Assembly (NCBI GenBank): GCA_012295275.1
Contig: CM022679.1
Coordinates: 2,418,001 to 2,482,000, forward strand
Length of the DNA: 64,000 nt
Direction of reading: 5' to 3'
From: Chrysomallon squamiferum
Lineage: Eukaryota > Animalia > Mollusca
A program made the position numbers and the translations under genes. How positions within the stretch are numbered: position 1 is the stretch's first letter; every line of letters begins with the position of its first letter. This document shows positions 15,016 to 27,988 of the stretch, piece by piece. The notes below the pieces were generated by a model. The model made no database searches. It was not told the origin of the DNA and worked only from the letters and a program-made list of their open reading frames with translations.

Positions 15016-16646
15016 CTGTCCACATAATGAGAATAAAAATAAAATAAAATGTTTAAAACTACTGTAAGTGGATCTAGATCTCTTCAACCATATATAAAAA
15101 CAAAATTTTAAAAACAATTGTTATCATTAATATTAACAATTTTCATTCACCAGTTTTTAAGCCAATTCATGTTTTTATGAATCAACCACGTGGCAAAATT
15201 TCTGTGTTGAAAAAAAAAAAGGTTTAAAAAATGAACCTCAGTGCTGTTAATATTATAAATAGATCTGTCACTATTTTTTCTCTTCCTCAATGATTTTTAC
15301 TTCCTTATTCATTTTATTTCCTAATTTACAAAATATTATACAAATAAATAACATCCTCGTTTAATTTATTAATTTTATTATTATTATTATTATTATCATC
15401 ATCAACTTGATCTTATGTGCATTTCTGAAAAAAAATGAATATTTTTAAAAATTAAATTTACATGTATATACGTGTGTGTGTGTGTGTGTGTGTTTATTCT
15501 CTGTGTGTGTGGTGATGATTTTAATAATTTTCTTTGCTATTGTTTTCAAGTTCTAAGTCAGCTGGAGAGAGAAGAGTTGTCTACATCTGACAACAGTGAG
15601 GAGGAGATGAAAGGAAGGAAAATATTCAGGGAAGTCAATTTGTCCGTCAGGCCAACTGTTTGTCTGTGAGGAATAACAGTTTAGTGCTACCTTCCTGACA
15701 ACAAGTGATGTGTAAAACAACATCCCTGTGTCAGAATGAGATCATCAACGCAGTCAGACTTGTCAGCTCTGCTGTGTGGTGGTTAGTGTGTGGTGTCTAT
15801 CTCAGCTAATTATCTACTCTGTTAATTTACGTACATCATTTACACTCACAATGGTTCTATTACTAAATCTCTTAGAATGGTCAGTAATGGTTCATGGGGT
15901 CAAATCTGGTTAGTGGACACACATAGCTTATTTCAAGCTTCATTATGTAATATGTGATTTAGTCACACAATAAAACTGGTAATGAAAACACTGACTATTA
16001 CTAAATCTGTTAGAATGGTAATACAGTGGTTAGAGTGCTCCTTGGTGGATATACAGAGGCTAATTCCCAATTTAACTTTGTTCAGCACATATAAAATATT
16101 TGGTATATGTTTTCTTATATGTACATGAAAAGACCACAACATATTATAAAGTACTTTATTAAATTATTCTGATACTTAAAAATCATTAATAAAAAGAAAG
16201 ATAATTTACACCAGGATGCTATTTATTGTAAAGAATTATTTCAAATGATATTAGCACCAAAAAAACACAGTCAGTTCTTTTTGTTATCTGTTACATTTCT
16301 ATAACTCAGGTTCCTGTTTTAGAGACTGAGAAAACACCACCTGTGTAAACTATGACCTATCATGATATATGAAGAAAAGAGTTTACATCAACAGTCACCT
16401 CTCCTTAACACATCCAGTCACTACACACTGAAAACTGAGTATTTTACCCAGTTCTGTTACACAGTCAGAAATAAGGTGAAGATGAAGGATGTGGAAAAAC
16501 AAAAAAGCAAAATATAAACAGAATATGTGGAAAGCTTTAAGTTTAATCACTATAGACAGTGAAAAAAAGAAGAAAAATTAAAAAATAAAAATATAATTTA
16601 GTTTTACTGTTCAGGAAGAAAAAACATGTTAGTATATCTTTATATA

Positions 16647-16695
<49 letters not shown>

Positions 16696-18219
16696 TTAAT
16701 ACAGTTTTAATATGTAATTTAATATAATTACTGAGTAAATTAAACTTTCCAACAATAGAAAAGGTCAGTGAATAACAAACAGTTACAATTCACAGCAGGT
16801 AATATTACCTGTTATCTCATGTATGTTTGTACAAGTCATAAACAAGACTAATTGTATGGTAAGAAGACTAAGTAAATGTAAATAAAGGCATTGAGAAGCT
16901 GTTTAAAGTAAACCCTGACAGACAGATCAGTTAATAATACACAGGAGTATTTTGTGTATTTGAAAAAAATGTGATGCCTTAATATACTGTAAAAGAATAT
17001 GACTGAATGTTACATCTAATAACGTGTAACTAAATACACATACGCACACACAAACCCATACAGAATATATACATATATACATGCATATATTTATTCAAAC
17101 ACATACTAAATTTAAACTTTGCTAAATATAATAATAAAACAAGAGGTAAAAACATTCTGACCTACTAAAATCAGTAACTGAATTCAAGCTATCAGCAGGT
17201 AGTGGAATTCATAAATAACTGTACTGTTGTTGTTTAAAAAGGAGAGGAATTATTTAACACACTACAACTGTCATGTGTGTTTATGTATGAACACAGGATT
17301 CATCTGTCTGTAACACTTTAAATCATTCCATTATTGTGTAGTGTTATAATTAGTGTGGACTATTTCTAGTTCATTATATTCCTATTATAGTAGTAAAATA
17401 TGTTTTGCATAAACAGACTGACAATACACACCACACACACACACACACACACACACAGATACACATTATAATCACAAATCTATACAAAACCATATGAAAA
17501 TTATAAAGCAACAATAACATACAAAGATGTAAATATTGTTACAGCTTATAAACAAAGGTCTCTTAACAGTGTTTCCTAATGACTATATCAGGAAACAACC
17601 ATGACAGAATGAAGATCTCTTGATAAATAACCTAATTATAACAATTTCCAAAACAATAAAGCCTCTCAAAATATTCTAAGATAACTGGGTAATTATTATA
17701 TTATATATATATATACCACAAATCTGTATAGTAAATACAATTTATAAAAACACAGTTTATAACTATTATTACTTTAAAACCAGGACAGAGGGAAACTTTA
17801 TAAAACCATTTTAACTATTGTAAACTTTATTTAAAGATGTAATTAACAAAGAATGTTTTACTGAACCTTTGTCTTTGACCTAAGTATAGGTTTCCCAGAA
17901 GAGTTAAAACCATTAACATCAATCTCTTTAAGATGCAGAATTAATAATATACCACATGTTACCACAGCCAGCCATTGTGCATTGTGAGACAAGTAAGCAA
18001 TTAACTAACATCTGGTGTCAAATCCATTAACAGTCTGAGCTAATCAATACAAGATAAAAATGAAGAAATCTCAAATTTATCACAATGTTCATTTTATTTT
18101 ACTTTTTCATATAAAAATGTCTAGATGACTGCAATAACAAGGGAAGGATGACATTTTTATATTTTTATATTAATTTATAATTACATGGCATCATGCAGAT
18201 AATGACCTTGTAGATAATG

Positions 18220-18310
18220 AGAGGAAAACTGTTTATGTAGTCAACTATTTTCATTTAGCAGCAAGGAATCTTCCATATAAACCTTCCCATGAACCTGAAA
18301 ACACATAATG
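18220..18310 (-). mobile_element. SINE core fragment
   Basis: ttagcagcaaggaatcttccatataaaccttccca. Confidence 0.5.
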
Positions 18311-19073
18311 TGATGCTTTTTTTTTTTCCTATTATCTTTTGTTTGGGGAGGGTTGTGTTTCTCAGGAAAAGTTTGGGTTTTTTTCTTTTTTTTTCAGTAA
18401 TTTATTTGAAAATGCAGAGGCTGAAAAGTCTGCAAAGAAAACAAAGAAAAATATTTCATGATGAGATCTGCTGTTAGCACAATCAACATTATCTTTTTTA
18501 ACAATCTTCTCTGAAGCCAGAGTGTGACAATGCCCACAGGATTAATACTTCTTGAATCATTTAATAAACAGCCATTAGACTTTTTCTCATTTCAGCAAAT
18601 GCTCCATGAAGTTTTATCCATGGCATTTGGAAACAATTCCTAGTCTAAGAGCAGATATATAAATACAGATTCTTTGCTGCTAACTGATAAAAGGAGGCCT
18701 TGGGGCATGAGCAATGGGTTTGTTTTCATCTTGTCATTGTTATTTAAACACTATGTCGGATACCTAAAAATATAATAATATTGTACATATACTTATTAAC
18801 AATTCAAAATATATATAATATCTGGTGACATATGCTAAATCATTTTTGTTTTTGTTTTTGTTTTTACTGGAAACAATATTTTCATATCCTGTATCACTGA
18901 CATGTAGCAAAGAGCTATAATTTATCTACATTTACATAAATATACATAAAAGACATTGACTTTGTAAATATACACTGTTAAGAATAAGATCATTTTAAAT
19001 AAATTTTAAAATAATATACATTTGACATATATTTAAAGGTTTCTCAGTTTTCTGTCAAAAAATATTTATTATT

Positions 19074-19104
<31 letters not shown>

Positions 19105-19199
19105 TAAATTTTTTTTTAAATAATTAAATTTTAAAAAAGGACATGATTAATAACAAATTAACGTACATCAGTAACATTTTGTTCGATATCAATATATGC

Positions 19200-20077
19200 A
19201 GACAATAACTTGAATAAGGTATCTTTGTCTCACAATTTATGTCAATGCATGAGTCATATTTAGTGGCAAAATGCACTGTCAGTTTGCATAATCGATTACG
19301 CACATGCACGCTAATTTAGTATTAATGTCAAAGTGCCCCACCTTCCTAGATTCTGATCAGCTATCTGCCTGATTCGAAGGAAGTTCTTTCGTAAATTTTC
19401 TTTCTTCCACATAATGATCTTATGTTACCAAACACACAAATGCAGCATATGTATTCATGTTATACTGCGAGTATATTCCATCACTTTAAACACGGAAATA
19501 TTATACAACCCACTGCAAAAACTACCAGGAAGTTACTTGTGAACAAACGTGGCAGGCGATATAACAAGAACGCTGATTGGATGGTCGAAAAATAGTAACG
19601 AATTAAAGAACTTGTATTATACAGACAATGGATGATTTTCTATGGATGTGTTCGTTTTGCTTTATCAAGTTACTCTATAAAATGGTATCTTTTTAATATT
19701 ATTATTTTATTTTTTTTTTTTTCAGATCGGACCAGTAATTTGTTCCAAATTCAAATATGTTTCTTGAGCTAATTTCACATAATGACATGATTCTGTTTTT
19801 GAGCTTACCGTACTTTGTATTTTTCATGTATCAAAATAAACTATAGTTTAAATTCTTTAAAAATGTATTACAGATAACTTAATCTGTCATACTCCAAGTG
19901 TGCTCAATTTTATATTTGAATTATTTCTGAACTAAAAAATATAATGTCAACTCGAGATTACATAATTACTAAATGAATAGTAATAACAATAAAAAGAACA
20001 ACGAAAACAGCAGCAGCAAGTAGTAATTTGACATTAATTCTTTAAAGTTCCCGTAAAAGAAATATAAATGAATTTTT

Positions 20078-20109
<32 letters not shown>

Positions 20110-20950
20110 TGTACATCTAAAAAGACAATAATTTTCAAATCATCGTTGAAGCATGAAGTATGGCGATGATTAAAGAATCATGTGACTATTTTGACGAATA
20201 ATAATAATTAAAAAACAAAATTAAAATAATATGTACTACTCATTATATTTTTCCATCAAAAGATACAGTAGCAACTATTTCTTTATATCGATTAAAAATA
20301 ATAATAAAAAAAATTCTCTTGCTGTAAACTTTTGATCCGTTCTTAAAACGATCTTTGTAACACACACATTTCCCCAAAAAATTATTATTGTGCTCTGTTT
20401 TATTTATTTATTTATTTCAAGATTAATTCAGATTTATTCTTTATTCATTTTATTTTATTATTATTTATTTGTTTCGTCTTTAAATTTCATTGGTTCTGAT
20501 ACGTAATAGGCAGGATGAGATGTCTGTCTTACGGCGAGAGGGAGGCAGTCAGTTCTGTTTTCTGCTCCAAACAGTTTCTCACAACTCCCAATAGTATATA
20601 ATAAAAATGGCTTACATAATAATAAATTTACTACTAATAATTAAACAACAACAACCACAATAATAATGTTAAAAACCCACATCTGACTAAAGACGTTAAT
20701 ATTAAACAAATATTTATTCATATATTCACTTAGTCAACAATACTTTTAACTGAGTTTAAGTAATTAATGTTTTTAATAATTAATGTAATTGGTGATGTTT
20801 TATACAATTTCATTTGGTTAGGAACAGCTGCTACACAAACCTGTATAGAATACTGTTCACTTACACGCTAACACACAGAATCGAATACGCTCTTTAGTAC
20901 CGATAAGCTCGCACTGGGCTCAAATAAGAAGCAACAAGTGTGATGTGGTA
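19200..20950. promoter_or_regulatory. CpG-retaining putative promoter zone upstream of MFSD6L, possibly bidirectional
   Basis: Visible rise in CpG; inverted CCAAT (ctgattgg, ~19573); NRF1-like cgcacatgcacg (~19299); candidate 5' UTR intron 20948 (gtaaca) to 21588 (tatttcag). Confidence 0.5.
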
Positions 20951-21689
20951 ACATTTAAAATGTGTATGTTTTAGCTTGTATTTTATTAATGTGCAGAAAT
21001 CTGTGATATAGTGTGCAAGGAATTATAAGACAGAATATTTTATTTTGTAAATTTTTGCATAAATATAAAACAATATTAAAAGGTTATTAATCGTAGAAAC
21101 AGACCATAAATGGCATAATGGAATAAAATCGAAAATCAAATGTGATACCACTACCATTAAATGATTAATAGAGAGCAGCAGGTTACGATTAATAAAAACT
21201 AAATAATCAGATCTTTACTAATTTCAGTTACTACTGTTACAATGTATATAATTATAAATATTAAAGTACATATACATACAGAGTTGAATTTGCATGTTCA
21301 TAAATGATAAAAAAAAAAAAGAAAAAAAAAGAAAAGAAAAGTAAATTAGACTAACTAAAAGTATCGAATTATTCATTTGTGACATCATATATATTATTTT
21401 AATTGTTTCGAAATATATTTTGTATATGGGAATGTTTTGTGTACTCATTAAATATTTATTTTCAGATCAACATGTAATGATTTGGTACATATTAGTTTCA
21501 TTTGTAAATATTATTTACAGATTTTAATGTTAGTTTTTGTGTACTCTATTTTATAATTAAATGGTAAATATTTTCATTGTTATTTCAGATTTTTAATTTA
21601 CAACATGTCTGCCATACCTTGATCAGAAGATATATAAAAAAAAAAAATTTAAAAAATCTTTAAATTCTGTGCAATCAAAATCATTCAGA

Positions 21690-23513
21690 ATGGAAACTGT
21701 TAATATATCAAGATCTATTCTAATATGTAACATCTTTCAGTTCTTTTTTGCCTCAGCAAAAGCGTGTCTTTTGCCTTTTTTGACTTTGTTTTTCCGACTG
21801 CTGGGACTGAATGCTGTTGAAACTGGGATCATTATGGCAGCAAAAACGTTGACAGGGTTTGCCTGGGCCCCAATCTGGGCCCGGTGTGCCATTGCCTACA
21901 ACAAAAGAAGAATTGTTTTAATATTCTCACTGCTAATCATGGCGACAACATACATTGCTATGACGATTGTATACAATCAAATTTCTGACAAGCGATTCAG
22001 TTGCAACAGAACTATATATCACAACAGCAGTGTTATTAAGGTTGCTGTAAATGTGTCTTCTGCAAATGTTAGTGATGTGTTGAGTGAAGATAGTTTTACA
22101 GATACTTATGAATTCAGTAACACCACACCCTCAGTGTTCACATCTACGTCTAACAGGACAACACATTCTGCAAGTAGCACATCAACAACTGAGGCCAGTG
22201 ATAAATTCAATGCCTTCATTTCAAAGTATAATTTGTCTGAAAGTGATATGCAGAAGCTGTTAAAAGCATACCAAGCACACAAGATAGGAGAAATGTCTGA
22301 TGCAGATTTGTACAATCTTGTTAACAAACTGATCAATACTTCGAGAATGAACAGCCGAGAGGTGGATGGTATTCTCAGTTACCTGGAGGATGAAGACTTC
22401 AGAGGACGGGCAATTGCAAAAAGAGACGTGATGAGGACATGGACAGATGTCAAGGACAAGATGAAACGACTGGTTAAAGAGCTGAAAGAAAAAGAGTTTG
22501 AACTCTTTCTTATCATACTGCTGCTTGTTGTACTGGGGGAGTTTCTCAGTTCACCGGTGGAGAAAGTTGCAGACGATGCCTGGTTTGACTTTCTTGATCG
22601 TATTGACGACATTGAGAAATATGGCAAACAGAGGCTGTCAGGATCCATTGCTTTCATCTTTGTTCCTGTCATCATTACTCTCGTTGTCGACTTCACAGAA
22701 TGTATTCTGCCTTACAACATTCATCACTTTTTGATCCATTTTTACATGTTTGCTGCTTTTATTGGTCTTACAGTCATTGTTGCCTTTTTCTACCCCATTC
22801 CAATCCCAGGCAAGCAGAAGTATGTGAGCAAGGTTGGTCAGGGGATGCGCATCGTCTGCTGTGACTGCAGGAGTTTTCTCTACGTCGTTACGCTGCTGCT
22901 GCTTGGCATGGTGTATGCATCCTTCAACAACTTCCTCTTCTGGCTCATTCAGGACCTGGGTGGAAAAGAAGTTACAATGGGTCTCTGTGTCACCATCGGA
23001 GCTTTCGCAGAAATTCCCACTCTGCTGTTCAGTGGGAGGATGGTCAGGAAGCTGGGTAATGCAGGCGTGGTGGCCATTTCTGTGTTAGCCATGGGCGTGC
23101 GTGTTCTCTACTACTCCTTCCTGTGGAATCCCTGGCTGGTGCTGCCGGCCGAGCTGCTGCACGCTTTCACCCACACTGCGATGTGGTACGCCGTCTTGAG
23201 CTACGAGGACTACAACGTTGGGCCCGTGGTAGACAGAAGCATTCGCTCCATTCTTTCGTCAGTTTATTTTGGCGTCGGGTTTGCGTTTGGCAGCATGATT
23301 TCAGGAATCGTTCTAGAAATATTTGGCAGCACAGTGTTGTACTGGGCGGCCAGTGCTATCTGTGGCGCCTGGAGTGTTATATTTTTCGCTGTCCAAAAAT
23401 GCATTCCGCAGAAAGAGAGAATTAGGTACATACGTCTGCTTCCTGGAGAAGATGGGCTGGATTCCGGTGGAGATGAAGAAGACTGGCTGGAAATGGCTTT
23501 AAAAGAACAGTAA
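21690..23513 (+). CDS. MFSD6L: Major facilitator superfamily domain-containing protein 6-like (MFS transporter), intronless CDS, 607 aa
   Basis: Single long ORF; first ATG at 21690 (the track start 21669 is a GTG), TAA ending 23513. Many hydrophobic TM-like segments. N-terminal ACLLPFLTLFFRLLGL..WAPIW..YNKRR, central YGKQRL, and C-terminal YIRLL..DEEDWLEMALKE match the MFSD6L pattern as recalled. Confidence 0.9.
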   Translation: METVNISRSILICNIFQFFFASAKACLLPFLTLFFRLLGLNAVETGIIMAAKTLTGFAWAPIWARCAIAYNKRRIVLIFSLLIMATTYIAMTIVYNQISDKRFSCNRTIYHNSSVIKVAVNVSSANVSDVLSEDSFTDTYEFSNTTPSVFTSTSNRTTHSASSTSTTEASDKFNAFISKYNLSESDMQKLLKAYQAHKIGEMSDADLYNLVNKLINTSRMNSREVDGILSYLEDEDFRGRAIAKRDVMRTWTDVKDKMKRLVKELKEKEFELFLIILLLVVLGEFLSSPVEKVADDAWFDFLDRIDDIEKYGKQRLSGSIAFIFVPVIITLVVDFTECILPYNIHHFLIHFYMFAAFIGLTVIVAFFYPIPIPGKQKYVSKVGQGMRIVCCDCRSFLYVVTLLLLGMVYASFNNFLFWLIQDLGGKEVTMGLCVTIGAFAEIPTLLFSGRMVRKLGNAGVVAISVLAMGVRVLYYSFLWNPWLVLPAELLHAFTHTAMWYAVLSYEDYNVGPVVDRSIRSILSSVYFGVGFAFGSMISGIVLEIFGSTVLYWAASAICGAWSVIFFAVQKCIPQKERIRYIRLLPGEDGLDSGGDEEDWLEMALKEQ

Positions 23514-24923
23514 CACAAAGTGTTAAATAAGATGTTTAACATCTCACACAGTATGCAAGACCTGAATGTGTTGTTTTTTTTAATTTAGAAGTTGAAATGC
23601 ATAAGTATAAGGTGAAATGTGAAATGTATACAGATTTATAATTTTCATTGCTACAAAAGAATTTTAATCATTTCAAATATCTGTGTGAAAGTTCTTATGT
23701 TGCTTGTTTCTGATACAGCAGTTGTAAACGATGATTTTATAGAAAAAATAGGTAAATTGTCAGTTATTAAATAATATATAATCATTTACATTTACCTATA
23801 CCAGGTAACAGGATAACGCTACAACAAAAGTTAACCTTTGTTTGTTTTTTTCTTGTTATTTATTAATTTAATTTTTTCTGTTTTGAAATCTGTAATTATT
23901 TTTCTTCATTGTAAGATTTTAAAAGGTGAGTGATTATTTTGTGAAAATAAGTAAAATACCATTACAACAGTTTTAAGTTTAAAAAAGTAAACAGCAACAA
24001 ATAAAACCATATTCAAAACTCTAGCAACCCACTGCATTAAATCAAATGTAAAATTAAACAAAGGAAAACAAAAATAGTTTAAAGGAATGCAAAAATGTGA
24101 GAATTAAAAATACAGGTCACATATAAGAGAGAATCACTTAATTCGGAAAATATCTTTTTAGTGTTTTGTAAACAGCTATTAAATTTGATTACCTTTATTT
24201 ATTTATTTTTTTTTTAATTAAAAGATTAAATATCTATGCTAATTTTTATAACATTAATTTACTACAGAAATTTAGACATAATAGACATCATCTTGTTTAA
24301 TACAGTTTTTTTAAAAGTAACTTTTGTTTGTTACCTAAATTAAATAGTCCAGGAAATCAAAGCAGATTAAAATGTAATGTAATGATACATGACCAGACTA
24401 TTCTCATTTTTTACCATTCTAACATTATTTCTGACTGACTGAATAGTGACCTAGATGTTTAAGAAAAAAATGATGAATTGTAACATGTTTTGTTAGGTTG
24501 CAAATGTGTGCTGTGTGTTAAAAACTCTGTGTTTTTATTATTTTGTTTATCACGAGTAATTAACAATCTAATAATTAATACAAATGCATTTAGTCATTTT
24601 GAAAGAAGTGATATTGCCTTTATGGTCCTAAGTTAAATATTATTATTTTTGTTTTGTTGTTTAAATATGTATGGAATTTAATACAGAAATATGGTGTGAT
24701 TTTGCTGTTCAGTTGTAATAAGCATAATAAATTTATTTACCTGTGCAACAAAAAATGGAATTATGGGTAAACAAATACTAAATCTGTTTTATGGAACCTG
24801 TTGAAAATGTAACAGGCTTTCTAAAATAATCAAATTTGTTAAAGTTTCATGGATCTATCTGAAGAGACATTAAAACTGAAAGTTTTAAAACACAAACATT
24901 AAAATGACAAGATCTAAAATATA

Positions 24924-24939
24924 CCAGTAGGTGGCAGCA
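24924..24939 (+). promoter_or_regulatory. CTCF-like motif
   Basis: CCAGTAGGTGGCAGCA fits the CTCF core CCASYAGRKGGCRS; an isolated GC patch in AT-rich DNA. Confidence 0.6.
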
Positions 24940-25489
24940 CCTTGTAGATATTAAATCTACACCAATTTGACTGCATAACTGTAAAGTGATGACAAATATT
25001 TATAGATCTTTTATAGACTTAGACGTATTTCTAATAAAATTAATTAATTAATTATATATATAATTCCAATTCTTCTATCGTAGGTGACACCAGATCTTAG
25101 AACCTCCAAAGAGAAATTTTCTAGTCTCTGACTTATTATTTCAAAACTGTTTTCCTCAAAATTTATGTTTTATAATGATGTGAATGTGATAATATTTTAC
25201 TTTGTTATTCAGACATGTTATATTTTTAAAATTTAATAATACATTCTGCAGTGTAAAAAGGGTAAAAATATTATTAAATGTACACAGCAGTATGCAAAAG
25301 TTATAATACATAATATATACAGTTTAGTTTAACAAGTTTATAAAATATTGTTAGAATTGGATACAAAATAATGTATGTTTAGTAATTACTCTTAGCCACA
25401 GATAATCATTTATGTTTTTTAACTGAACATTACAACTATTATTGCTATTGTTATTATTGTTATTGTTATTTTTATTTTTATTATTATTA

Positions 25490-25532
<43 letters not shown>

Positions 25533-25682
25533 GATGATGATGCTTCATCTCACAGTTACTACTCTTTATTTGTTAACTTCAGACTCGACTGTTTGTAATA
25601 AATGAACAAGGTTGTTATATTTAAATTTATATTAAACATCTCTTTCTTTTACCCATTATTTGAAAATCTAATAGATTTTATC

Positions 25683-25713
<31 letters not shown>

Positions 25714-26543
25714 TAGTATTTGTTATCTTACTTGCTGAACTACTGTTATAAAATCACTTTAAGTCTATTTTTAGTTTTTATTGCATATTACAGCATCCAT
25801 TTACTGTCAGTATTTTGAATTACTCAGTAATATATAATCAGTTTAAACAAAAACCAAAAAAAAACAACAGCAATGGCACCATAAGTGCTATGTTAATAAA
25901 ATTATATTTATTATGTAATTCTTGCCTTGGTTTGCTTAAGAAAAGTTCAGATGTATGTGTTTGTCTTGCCATTTAATGATTTTAAAATAACCAGAAATCT
26001 GTGCTTTCCATGACATTCCTTTTTGATTTAATTCCATATATTTTAACTATTATAAACTTCTATTTATAATAAAAATGTTCTTTACACATAGCTCTGTTTC
26101 TTTACATTATATACAATATGTAATATATTACATGTTTATTAACTCTACATATTTGTTGTTAACATTGATTTGATTTTACTTTTGTTCAAATTGTTTATTA
26201 TTTACTATTATATTATGTTAAGAATTTATTGATCTTGTTCCAAGAAATCCTGTTTTGTTTTATTCACTTATTTACTAAAGAAATTATAGAGACGTTTTAC
26301 TTTTTGTTAAGGATGTGTTCAAAAGTTATATATGTGTTATTATTTCTTGGAATTATATTTAAAAATATATTATTCTAAATTGTTATGCACTATTAAAGTA
26401 TGCATATTTGTAAAGATTTTTTATATATATTTTGTGTAAATGGAAAATTTAATTTCTTCCAACAAATGTTTAATATTCTGTCGAAGAACTGTTTTTTTTG
26501 GACATAAATTTTATTTTATTTTTTATTTTATTACAAATATTTT

Positions 26544-26580
<37 letters not shown>

Positions 26581-27724
26581 TTTTTTTTAATATTATTATT
26601 TTTTTTATAACTATCTTGTATCAGTTTTTTTTTCTTTGACATTAAACTGAAAAATTTGCATAATTAATGTACAAGAAAAATACTTCATGAATAGAATTAA
26701 CTTTTTTTCTTCTTCCTGTTGTAACATGCTTGTTACAATTATAACAATTTAGATTTGTAACTGGGAATATAGTACTGTATACCTACCTGTATACCTACCT
26801 GTATTTATAATTTACAGTATTATATTATTTAGTATTAATACATAATTTAATTTTCCTGTTTATATAGTTTAGAAGAAATCTTTTGTTTATTTCTGAGGTA
26901 ATGGACATGAGGTTATCTTGATTATGTAACTTGATAGTGTATTATTTAGCATTATAACAATAATAATTAGTTTATGTTTATATATAAACTAGTATATTTA
27001 TTATAATAAATGTGTTTTTTTTTTTTTAATAACTTTAAAGTTAATTTGGTTATATATTTTATTGTATAGTATTATTTAACATTATAACAATCATTTGTTG
27101 TTGGTTTTTAATTTAATTTTTTAATTTTTGTATAGTATACACTTTAGTATAAATTACTATAATATAGAAATTATTATTGTTATTATTACTATTACTTTTA
27201 TTATTATTATTATTATCATTATTATTATTACTATTATTAGTAGTATTATTGTTATTAATGTAATAAATAAATTGTTAACTTAGTTATATATTTTACCATA
27301 TAATGTTACATAGTATAATGACAATACACAGTTACAAGGAGAATGATTACTTTTAATATATTTTGAACTGACTTGTTGACATGTATTAACATCCAAGTCT
27401 AATTTACACAACATTTTTTTTTTTTCTAGCCTAAATAACCTTCCACAAACAGTGAGATAACATAACTGTGTATATTAACACTGTGGTTATATAAAATAAT
27501 TACATTCCAGAACTTAAATAATAATAACAACATTCCAAATCAAATTTTAAAATAAAACAGTTATCAGTATGTTTGTACTATTTTGTGATGATTACTTTGT
27601 AAGTAAAATCAGTTCTGTAATGAAGGGTTTTTAATTTTTTTTTTTTTTTTTTCATTTATCATTTATCATTAATCAGTTGTTAAAAAAATAACAGAATAGT
27701 GAGTGTACCAAGGAGAATTGTCTG

Positions 27725-27988
27725 TAGTCCATGACAGAACATAGTCCATGACAGAACATAGTCCATGACAGAATTTAGTCCAAGACAGAACATAGTCCAT
27801 GACAGAACATAGTCCAAGACAGAACATTGTCCAAGACAGAGTATAGTCTGAGGCATAACATAGTCCAAGACAGAGCACTGTCCAAGACAGAACATAGTCC
27901 ATGACAGAACTTAGTCCAAGACAGAGCATAGTCCAAGTCAGAATATAGTATAAGACAGTGCATAGTCCAAGACAGAGCATAGTCCATG
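27725..27988. repeat. 17-bp minisatellite, ~15 copies
   Basis: Unit acagaacatagtcca(a/t)g. Confidence 0.9.

Noticed and set aside
21669-21689. GTG start of the 614-aa ORF in the supplied track
   Set aside because: Eukaryotic gene; the first ATG at 21690 fits the family N-terminus.
22106-23542. Overlapping antisense and alternative-frame ORFs within MFSD6L
   Set aside because: Expected shadows of a GC-richer coding region; no recognisable motifs.
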